DNA of 32,442 nucleotides from Macrostomum lignano. Lineage: Eukaryota. Below are positions 22,720 to 32,442 of the stretch, in pieces. The translations under genes and the position numbers were made by a program. Positions within the stretch are counted from its first letter, which is position 1; every line of letters begins with the position of its first letter. The notes under the pieces were generated by a model. That model was not told the origin of the DNA and did no database searches. It saw only the letters and a list, made by a program, of their open reading frames with translations. The stretch is from assembly GCA_002269645.1 (NCBI GenBank), contig NIVC01004884.1, positions 1 to 32,442 on the forward strand, in the 5' to 3' direction.

Positions 22720-22754
22720 GTGTATAGGAGAATTGCAAGTGCAACTGCATACAT

Positions 22755-22910
22755 GCGCAACCTTGGGAATCACTCGGCCGTTTCTATTGGCAGCACACAC
22801 ATGTAAGTCGCTATTGGCTGAGAGAAGTCACATGATTACTATTCTGTCCAATAGCAACTTACATGTGTGTGTTGCCAATAGAAATGGCTGGGTGAATCCC
22901 TAGGTTGCGC
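22755..22910. repeat. Long inverted repeat / MITE-like hairpin (63-bp arms, 30-bp loop)
   Basis: Arm 22755-22817 versus the reverse complement of 22848-22910: 56 of 63 identical by manual alignment. Confidence 0.85.
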
Positions 22911-23044
22911 CCAAGCATGTGCAACTGTATATTTGTCATTCTTATAGTCTCTCATTTACAATGTGATGAAGCTGTAAATAGATTTTTCTATACTTTAAGC
23001 AGTTACAAAAAATGACTACACTTAGCTAGCTATATGTATTATTT

Positions 23045-23340
23045 ATGGGTGAGTGGCTGGGTAAAAGTGAATTAAGTGGGTGAGTGGCTGGGTGAAAGTG
23101 AATTAAGCGGGTATGGCTGGTGAAAGTGAATTAAGTAGGGGAGTGGCTAGGTGAAAGTGAATTAAGTGGGTGAGTAGCTAGGTAAAAGTGAATTAAGTGG
23201 GTGTGGCTAGGTGAAGGTGAATTAAGTGGGTAAGTGGCTAGGTAAAAGTGAATTAAGTGGGTGGGTGACTGGGTGAAAGTGAATTAAATGGGTGAGTGGC
23301 TGGGTAAAAGTGAATTAAGTGGGTGAGTGACTAGGTGATT
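23045..23340. repeat. 31-bp minisatellite (GTGAATTAAGTGGGTGAGTGGCTGGGTGAAA)n
   Basis: About 9 visible units (23067, 23098 and onward). Confidence 0.93.
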
Positions 23341-24062
23341 AAGCAGCAATCTTTGCATAGTACATAGCTAAACTTACTGGAATAAAGCTGCATAAAGGGT
23401 CTTATCACAGTGTAGAATATGCCATCTAGAAACCATGTTTCTGTGTTGGCCAGGATTTCAAGCTGCTTATCCGTGGTAAAAAGCAGATGGCACTTCTGTG
23501 TTCTGGCGACATGGAGATCTGACTTACATGTAAGAAAGTTGGATGGAAGAGCCGCATCTTGCAGTTCAAATTTGAGATTTCTTGGATGCTGGGGCTGACT
23601 TCCAGCTCAAAATCTATTTGTGTTTCTAGCTTGCTGCTTAACAGTTGGAGGATTTATTCCTAAATCATCGCACAGAGAGTGGGCAATCAGAGCACCTTCA
23701 GCTATTTCTGCAGCTGGCTTGAATTGGCATTGCTTTGTCTCCAAGAAATTTTGAATGAGAATAACTATTTGCCAATTTTATCTTCATGTGCTAGCATTGT
23801 GTTTTTGTAATATATGAAACCTATTTTTTGTATGTTGTTCATTATTGCCTTGAAATCATTCTTAGTCTTATTCATTAGTTGCCTTAATATATATTTTTGT
23901 TTGTTTTCAATATAAAATCACTATTTTTCTTATCACTATTTTAGACACTTTAAAAAGTAAGTATAAATGAATCAGTAACTCATTTTAGTACTGTATGTTT
24001 GCTATTATTCTTTTGTTTGATGTAACTTTGTTTAAAATAGTCTGCCATATTTATTAGAACTC

Positions 24063-24085
24063 ATATATATATATATATATATATA
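24063..24085. repeat. (AT)n microsatellite
   Basis: Visible 23-bp AT run. Confidence 0.95.
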
Positions 24086-24171
24086 GGTAGAAAATATACG
24101 GTAAATAAATCATCTTCCAATCCTGCATCTTCCAATCCTCCAAGACTTCCCTAATTAGCCTAGCTAGACCC

Positions 24172-26600
24172 ATGAAAGCTAAAGACCTGACCTATTGGCA
24201 AACCCAACCCCCCAGCTCCCAACCCCTTGCAAAAGTTAACCAGACCCAATATACAGAAGATTCATGGATTAATGAAGTGAGCCTTGGCCCTGAATCATCA
24301 AATGAACAGTATAAAGCCATCATTGATCTTATGAAAGAAAACCATGAAGCTTTTTCCTAGAATAAACTTGACATGGGCCTGACACACTTAGTAACCCATA
24401 AAATCGCCATCAAAGACCCCACCCCCATTAGAATCCCAGCTAGACATATCTCCCCGCACTTGCAAAAGCAAGTTGATGCCCAATTAGACGATATGTTAGC
24501 TAAAAACCTAATTAGACCCTGTTATTCAACTTACTCTACCCCCTAGTAATTGTCCACAAGGAAGATGGTTCCATTAGAATAGTTAGCGATTTCCGCATGC
24601 TCAACTCAAGAGTTAAGTATTACTCCTACCCCCTCCCCAACATCCAAGAGACCTTCTCCCACTTAACTAGTAGCCAATACTTTAGCAGTTTAGATCTTAA
24701 TTCAGGATACTGGCAAGTCCCCATCAAAGAAGAAGACAAGCATAGAACCGCCTTCTCTACCCTAACTAGAGGCCAATTTGAATATCAAGTAATGGCCCAA
24801 AGACTTTCCAATGCCCTCGGAACCTTCCAATGTCTAATGAATTTAGTCCTATTAGGAATTCAACACAAGTACACCATGTTCTATATAGACGATATAATAA
24901 CCTATTCCCAATCCTTTGCCAAATATTTAGATCACTTAAGAGAAGTGTTCAAGCGACTAATTGCCACAGGTCTAAAGCTGATACCCAAAAAGTGCAATCT
25001 TTTTCATCGCAAGTTAAAATATTTAGGACACGCGATTGGCCAACAAGGCATTCAAACAGACAAGACGAAAATTGAAGCTATCCAAACTTGGCCCCATCTC
25101 AAAGACGTAAATGAATTATGCAGTTTTCTTGGCCTATGCAATTATTATTACCGATTTGTGAAGAATTATGCTGAAGTGGCTAATGATCATCCCCTATTTC
25201 AATTGACTTGAAAAGGAGTCCAGAATTTTTAATCTAAATGGAGCAAAGTGCATGATGAAGCCTTTGAAGCCTTAAAGCAGCGAATGATGTCTACCAAAGT
25301 GTTAGCCTACCCAAAATATGTCAAAGATGAAAATGTGAAGATGGTGCTCGACACAGATGCCAGTGATGACAGGATTGGTGCATGTCTTGGCCAAATCCAA
25401 AGTGATGGCATAGAGCAACCAATAGCCTATTTTAGTAGAGCAATGAAGGAATCAGAGAAGCGATACCCTGGAAAGAATTATTAGCCCTTGTCGATGCTAT
25501 GAGGCATTTCATATTTTATCTGATCGGCAAGAAATTCTTAGCCCAAACTGACCACAAAGCAATTATTTGGCTCATGAGACAGATAGAAACAACTGGAATC
25601 TTAGGTAGATGGATAGAGCGCCTAAATTAATTCAGGTTCAACATTGAACACAGAAGTAGTGCAAAGCATTCCAATGCCAATGGATTGTTGCAACGACCAG
25701 CTGAGACAGCTGAAGCCCCTGAAGTATTCCCTAAAGCAGCACCTGAACTTGATAAAGCAACTCCTGAAGTTTCTGAAGTCCCTGAAGCAGCCCCTGAGCC
25801 TGCTGAAGCAATCTTTGAAGCCCCTGAAGCATCTGAATAATTTCTGAGAACCCTGAGCCAATCCTTGAGAAAATTGAGAAGTAACCCCTGTTCCCCTGAG
25901 AAGTAAAAAAGCTCTTGCTGAAACTAAGGACAGCCCCATGTCTTAGTCACCTGAAGCTCTGACAGAAAGTGAGACCCAGCCTGAATGTCCCCAATCTAGG
26001 CCAAAGCTAAATGTCTTATGTAGAGAAGTAGAAGAAAGAGAAGAAGAAGAGACAGGAAAGTGTGAAAAGTTGCTAACAGATTATCTTCCCAGCCCCCTGA
26101 AGAAAGAACAGATTCAAGAAGCCCAATCTGCTGACCCCATCATTAGAGCTCTACTAGAAGCCAAGAATCAGAAACTGAGCCAATTTCCCAAAACACCAGA
26201 TGTGCCAGAAAAGATAAGTAGAAATTTCGAAGCCATGAGAATTGACAATAATTTACTGACCATATCTGAAGATGGAAAGAACAAAGTCATTTTGCCCCTA
26301 TCCCTAGACAAAGCAGTCTTTTTGACCTACACTATAGCCCCCTCGCAGGATATCTAGGAAGAGATAAGACAATCCAAAGAATAAGAGACAGATTTTGGTG
26401 ACCTGGACTGAGCACCTCAGTTGAGCAGTTAATTGCTGAGTGTATCCCTTGCCTTGAAAGTAAGAAAGGTCACTTTGTGCAAGCCCCTATTTAATCATTC
26501 CCCATTGGTGAAGCTTTCAACCATCTGCATATAGACATTATTGGCCCAATTTCTAAAGAAAGCAAGCGAGGTCACAAATACATTTTAACAGTTTCACATA
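24172..26600 (+). mobile_element. Ty3/gypsy LTR retrotransposon pol relic (RT - RNase H - partial integrase)
   Basis: Motifs KDPTPIRIP, DFR.LN, YPLP, LDLNSGYWQV, TAF, FYIDDI, KYLGH, FLGLCNYY, TDAS, PIAYFSR, TDHK; integrase zinc finger and HIDIIGP. Many stops and frameshifts. Gag, protease and LTRs were not seen, and the integrase is truncated. Confidence 0.93.
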
Positions 26601-27136
26601 TGTTTTAACAGTTGTGGATAGCACTACTTGATACCCCTTCTCTTTTTTTTAGAAAGCAAAGCATTGAATGAGGAAATTCCTCAACCCCTACCTCCCTCTC
26701 CTGCCTGCTGGATCCCAAGCCCGCGCACACCCTCCCCTACAATCTAAGGTGCCCAACCCAAGCCAAACACAGATACAACTGTCATCTAAAGCGCTTAATA
26801 ACAGCCCTCAGTCTGTTGCGCAACCTCCAATTTTAATCTTCCTACCCTTCTTTTGCCATCCCCAATTGCACAATAGACCCCAAATTTTACACAAAGAACT
26901 CCTCACGGGCAATGCCAATGTACAAGACCCCCTAGAAAAAATTGACCCAAAATGGAACTAGAGCCTAAAGAAGACGAAAAATAGAATGAGTCACAAAAAT
27001 GAGGAATCTAAAAAAATCCAGGAACAAAGGGAATGATGAATAAACACTTCAACTGAGATTGCACAACTAAAAAACTTGCTCCCCACTGTTATCTGTCTCC
27101 CACAACAGCTATCTTGAATTCTTTGCATCATTCCCA

Positions 27137-27849
27137 ATGGCTAGTGAAGATGAGTTAAAAAGGCTGCAAGATAAGTTAAGCCTCAGTCCTAGTGAAGGAG
27201 AACTATTTGACAGTGATACTGAGAACAAGCTTCCAGTCCCTAAATGCCAACAGACCCAGCCCAAACCCACCAGCACTAAGCCACAACCATTATCCGTAGT
27301 TGTGTGCCCTCCATCCTCATTGGTGTCTGGCAATCGAGTCCATCTAATGAAACAGCAGGCTGAAGCCCGGATCCCTGTCTCCCCTGCCATAGCTCAACGC
27401 CAACCCAAAGGCAGTAAACCCACTATTGCGCTTCCGCTAAGCGAAATTCCAAAATCAAGCACTAATCATCACCTAGGACCACGCCAGTCCACACCTTTGG
27501 CTTTGCCATATTGCAACCCTGATTGCCAGCCAAGAGATCCCCCATCAGGCAACTGCTACCACCCCCTATGGCTACACTGCTGCAGCATCAAGCTATTGCA
27601 AGGTCAGAATCCCTGATGGCTGAAGTTCCGCCTTTGATGCATGGAGTGGCTAAATCAAATTTGATCAAAGACATTAGGAGCAAATACAACAAGCTTATCT
27701 CGAAAATGACTGAGCCAAGTTGCAGCAAGTACCGCCACCTAGTTGCTAATCTGCAGCGCTATCTAGTGCACGTAGGGCACTTTCGCCTTGACAGCTATCC
27801 CTTCCCAGTGCGAGAAGACTTGCACGCCACTATTCAGGCCTTACAATGA
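27137..27849 (+). pseudogene. Unknown accessory ORF, copy 1 (frameshift near 27520)
   Basis: ORFs 27137-27616 and 27523-27849 overlap. Acidic N-terminus, P/Q/T linker and a helical C-terminus LQRYLVHVGHFRLD. Lies downstream of the gypsy pol on the same strand. Confidence 0.45.
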
Positions 27850-28410
27850 ATTTCAATTGCCCACACTGTTACAGCCTAGCAGCGCGTGGTTGCATACTCG
27901 CTGCTCGAGTTAAACCACAGATGGGCCAATCAGGCCAACGTTTGCACCGAGATGCAGTGGCTTGGTCTAGAGTGCAGCTGGCCAGCTGCTGACCGGCTCC
28001 CGACGGAGTTGGTCCGCTACCTGTGAATTGACTCTGAAGTTTAATTTTTCTTTTTCAAACTGTACTACTAGTATTATTGCATGATGAAAAATACTCACTT
28101 ATAAATTGTATTCCTATTTTTCATTAAGGAAGGCCAGATGTGCCAGCATTGTTTTTTTATAGTATTATGAAACCTATTTTTTGTATGTTGTTATGTATTG
28201 TTCGAAACTTGTTCCACATAAAAATCCTAGCAATGCTTAGTAACAGTGCGAACCAATGAGCGAGCCCACTAAACCCCCTCTCGGGCAAACACGAAGATGC
28301 GGTCCAGTTTCTCAGATATGTAATCAAGCCCCCTGCAGCTCCATAGACCCATCAATCACATCCCGCCTAGCTAAGAGCAATCATTCACAAGCAATTATCA
28401 AGTATAAGCC

Positions 28411-29203
28411 ATGGAAGATGACCATTTAGACAACTTTATTAAAGATTTGTTAGGACTAGATGAAACCATGGAAAATCTAGAGCCAGCCGCAGATCAAGCC
28501 GCCAAGCAAGCTGCCGAGCAAGCAGCTCCGGCAGAGCAACCACCAGCAGCTTTGGCAGAGCGACAGTCAGCAGCCTTGGCAGGACAGCAGTCAGTCGCCA
28601 GGTCAACTCAGCAGTCAGCAGCCGTGGCTCTTGATCTCAGTGAGGCTCCACTATGCAACCGACTAGGCCACAAGCCGTGGCGGGAACCTCAAAGAGGCCG
28701 TTGTCAGATGAGCCACCAGGATAGGAGACAGTGCCGGTGAAACGGCCCAGGCAAAGGCCCCAGTGAAATTGATTGTCATCAAAATGTGCGCTGCCGAAGG
28801 ATGGCACACAGTGCAACTGGCAGAACTGCCAGCAGGCCAACCACCGTGATGCCAAGCTTCACCGCAGCGACATCAGCCGTCAGCACCGAGTCAGCTACCT
28901 GCCCTGCAGCATCAGCCATCACTGCCACACTAGTCCACGCCACAGCCACAGCCGCCCCCGGCGCCGCAGCAGCCAACAAGGTCTCACCGAGATGTGGTGC
29001 AGCAGCTGATGGCCATGCATGGCACCCTGTTGGAAAGAGTGATGCACGGCATTCGCACGTACTTGATGCGTATTGCCTACCTAAGACTCGATCAAGTGCT
29101 GCCCCAGCGAGCATACATCTGGCCGGGACTTCAACAGCTGCGCACCCACTATCAGAGTGGCAAATTGTTCGCTATTCTGCAGTACGTGGCTGACCAAGTC
29201 TGA
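28411..29203 (+). pseudogene. Unknown accessory ORF, copy 2 (TGA at 28738, frameshift near 28990)
   Basis: 28411-28740 and 28786-29193 are the same frame; 28994-29203 supplies the C-terminus IRTYLMRIAYLRLD. Same architecture as copy 1. Confidence 0.45.
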
Positions 29204-30383
29204 GGCAACATCGATGCCAGCTGAGAGCCTTTCCAGCGTCAACTGGTAAATATTGAGCTGAGGTGGCTCTTCACACAGATGGGCTGGCCAGAATTCTGAA
29301 ACCTTCCCAGAAACTGCAATTTCTAAATGGTAATATACGAAATTAACTGACATGTTTTTATTTTAGTGCCTATATTGTTGTGCTGCTTTCATAGTTTGTC
29401 TTTTTATAAATTCTGCATACTATTAACTATTTTGAATATTGCATTGCTACAATTATATTGCTTCCATTTCACCTTTTATATACTATTATTAGTAGTTATA
29501 GTTGCTGTATATTTTTGACTATTGCTTTGATACATTGCTTCTATAAAATCTTTTTTCACATGCCATTACCAGTAGTATTTGCTGTTCACTTTGCTACCTT
29601 TCTTCTATAACTCACATTTTTTTAACTTTGTTGTCTGCATATTACTAGCATTTTTCTTCATATTTGTGCTACTCATTGCCTTGTTTATTACAAATTTATG
29701 TGTGAATACAACTTATTTTGCCTGACAATTATTGCCTTTACTTTACTTATGCATTTTGAGCAATTTACTCACGCCAAAAATTTCATCTTTCTGTTTGTAA
29801 AATTTTTGTTTTTTGTAACTTGCTGTCAGGGAAAGCAGCTGAAACAGTGCATTAATAATAGTATGATACTGTACGATAGTTCTAATAGTTACTCATTTTT
29901 CTTAGAAAACTCTAGTTCAAATCCGCGCTAAAAATGAATCTTTTGTTTAAATGTTGTAAGTTGCAAAAATATTTTTCACAATTATTATTTGTTTGAAATG
30001 ATGAGAGGCTTTGGTATAAATAAAAGCCCCAAGTAGGCCAAGAAGACAACTTGCTTGTTTGTATGCTTTAGCAGCAAAGCTTTCAATAGCTAAAACTTAA
30101 TAGGAAAATTGTTCAAGTGACTTATTCATTTCTATAGTAAAAACCCCTATATTGGGAGAGTTCAAGACCACTAAAAGTGAGAATTCGCCTCAAGGCAATA
30201 ATTATAAATTCGCCTCAATGCAGAAGAATCGCCTCATAGCGAGAGAAAACCACCTCAGGGCAGGAAAAATATAAAGCTATGACCCTCTGATCTTGGGAAT
30301 GCTAGGACTGAGAGAATAATATCTTTAGAAGGGTATAGGAATAGGATAAATAGTGCCTAAAGACCACTCAGGCCAGAAAGTAC

Positions 30384-30465
30384 AATAGAAGTATAGACAC
30401 TACCAATAAAAGTACATACACTACCAATAGAAGTACAGACGCTACCAATAGAAGTATATGCGCTA
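30384..30465. repeat. Short 21-bp tandem repeat (CACTACCAATAGAAGTACAGA), 3-4 copies
   Basis: Unit starts at 30398, 30419 and 30440. Confidence 0.8.
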
Positions 30466-31134
30466 TTAGTAAAAGGCAAGTATTAACCAGCAATATTAAC
30501 AAGAAGGAATAAGCCCTGTTATAACTTTGGTGGCATTGTAGAATTATTTATAAGGACAGAAGTAAACCCTAGGACATGTCAAATAATGAAAAATTTGATT
30601 TTGGAAGTGGGTCAAATTTGAATATTTACTTTAAAAAACAATATTTTTCAATGCTTTCAATACTGACAATAGGCATTCTACTTGAAATCTAAATCTTGGA
30701 CTTCTTAGTCTAAATGCCCATCATCATCATGGAGGCTTAGTAAGCCTATAGGCCTAGAATTTTAAACAATGAAAAATTTGATTTCAAAGTGGGTCAAATT
30801 CAAAAAGGCCTACAAATGTCAAATATTTGAAAAACAATGTTTTTTTTAATAGGCCTACTTTTATTTTTTTTTTTGAATTTGAATATCCCATATGTGGGTA
30901 TAATGTACTAATATATAATAATAATATTATCAAAAAAATATTAATACTAGGCCCTAAAAGTTTTTTTTATAATAAACTAAAAAATCAATAAAACATAGGC
31001 CTAGCAATAACATAATTTTTTGGCTTTAGGCCCAATTGTTAATTAAGGCTAGGGATCCATGGCCCAATTGCCTATACCATACCCTTAGCCTTAGGCTACA
31101 ACTCTAAGGGTCAGACATGAGTGTAACATTACGC

Positions 31135-31400
31135 ATTTATTCCGCATGTTATTCCGCACGTTTATTCCGCACGTTATTCCGCACGTTCCGCTAGTTATTC
31201 CGCATGGTCCGCGCATGTTGTTCCGCACGTTATTCCGCACGTTATTCCGCATTTATTCCGCACGTTATTCCGATATTATTCCGCATGTTATTCCGCACGT
31301 TATTCCGCACGTTTTATTCCGCACGTTATTCCGCACATTATTCCGAATATTATTCCGCACGCTATTCCGAATTTTTATTCCGCACAATAGTCCGCACATC
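31135..31400 (+). repeat. 12-bp minisatellite (TTATTCCGCACG)n, left arm of an inverted pair
   Basis: About 20 visible units. Confidence 0.93.
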
Positions 31401-31446
31401 TACTTTTTTAACATATTTCCCACCAAAGGGTTTTTTCATATTGCTT

Positions 31447-31468
31447 GTTCTGGTTCTAGAACCAGAAC
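31447..31468. other. Perfect 22-bp palindrome GTTCTGGTTCTAGAACCAGAAC
   Basis: Equals its own reverse complement. Confidence 0.95.
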
Positions 31469-32249
31469 CAATTTGTGAAGTATAACTTTTAGTCTCCATA
31501 ACTAGAGCTAGGGAGATACGTGCTATAAAGTTTTTATTATTAAATGACAATCGCCAAGAAGAAAGTGAAAAATTGTGCTAAGTGAGGTTTGTTAAGGCAG
31601 TCAAATATTAACAGAGTTTAAGTTATACTGCTGTTTTTCTTGGAATTCCGAACCGATTCTGGTTCTGGAATTGGTAATATGAAAAGGCCCCTAGTCTAAC
31701 TTACGCGTTCCATACATGATTTCCACGTCAAAAACGTGAAGATATAGATAGTTTTTAATAAGTATGACGATCTGCATAAAATATAATTGTAAAAAAGCTA
31801 AATTAGCTAAATGCAGTAATACGGTTTACTTACTACACATTAGTTTTTTATTTGGTGTTAGCACTTATAATATTTGTTAAAGCGTAAACTTCTTTCAGTA
31901 TCAAAGAACACTTCATTTTGCGTCCTGTAGTGACCTTGTACATGTATGATGTGATTCTTTCAAATTAATTTAATATATGTTGATAAGTAGTCACTTTTAT
32001 CTTCTTTTCTCAACCTCTCCGCGACCCCAGCTCTGTGCATGCAACTCTGTAACTCAACTTACAACTCTGCAACTACAGTACTCTGTTGCAGTCAATTATA
32101 ATTTTACGAATGCCATGTACATGCACTCAACTCGCGTAATCCAGGAAAATATAACGACAAGCTCATGTACATTAGCTTTTGCTTTACATTTAAAATGTAT
32201 CAAATGGAAAAATTACTTGTAAATCTTATACAGGACATCGTGGAAAAAT

Positions 32250-32442
32250 GCCTAATAACATGCGAAAAATGTGCGGAATAAAGTGCTGAATAACGTGCGG
32301 AATAATGTGCGGAATAACGTGCGGAATAACGTACGGAAAAACGTGCGGAATAACGTACGGAATAACATGAGGAATAATGTGCGGAATAACGTGCGGAATA
32401 ACGTGCGGAATAACTTACGGAATAACATGCGGAATTACGTGC
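32250..32442 (-). repeat. 12-bp minisatellite (CGTGCGGAATAA)n, right arm (reverse complement of 31135-31400), runs off the window end
   Basis: CGTGCGGAATAA is the exact reverse complement of TTATTCCGCACG. Confidence 0.93.

Noticed and set aside
16013-22903. Many short sense and antisense ORFs within the LINEs
   Set aside because: They are shadows of GC-rich ORF1/ORF2 or fragments between stops, with no independent motifs.
23400-28260. Possible 5' and 3' LTR pair flanking the gypsy pol
   Set aside because: Similarity is limited to about 55 bp. No TG...CA termini, primer-binding site, polypurine tract or TSD could be identified.
29698-32222. ORFs 29698-29931, 31146-31478, 31204-31485, 31362-31550 and 31977-32222
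   Set aside because: AT-rich or 12-mer-repeat translations without domain evidence.

Overview
Eukaryotic (animal) genomic DNA. The GC-rich exons and minisatellite-filled introns resemble a free-living flatworm such as Macrostomum, but this is inference only. The left third holds two spliced minus-strand genes reconstructed by hand. One is a 3-exon NOP16 (2931-2815, 1690-1483, 473-92; two +1 indels in the last exon). The other is a 3-exon, 446-aa divergent nuclear receptor (12437-11886, 8535-8263, 7402-6887; P-box CDSCKA, AF-2-like LFAEIY end). All four introns are filled by a different minisatellite. The rest is a transposon graveyard. It includes a decayed piggyBac and a full-length LOA/R1-group LINE (15979-21728, 12-bp TSD). 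That LINE is inserted exactly at the RNase H catalytic motif of an older 5'-truncated relative (10-bp TSD) and carries a candidate HDV-like ribozyme starting at its first nucleotide. Further right are a long hairpin element, a Ty3/gypsy pol relic followed by repeated unknown accessory ORFs, and inverted 12-bp arrays around a perfect palindrome. No CRISPR, tRNA or rRNA was seen. All alignments and folds were done by eye and are not computed.
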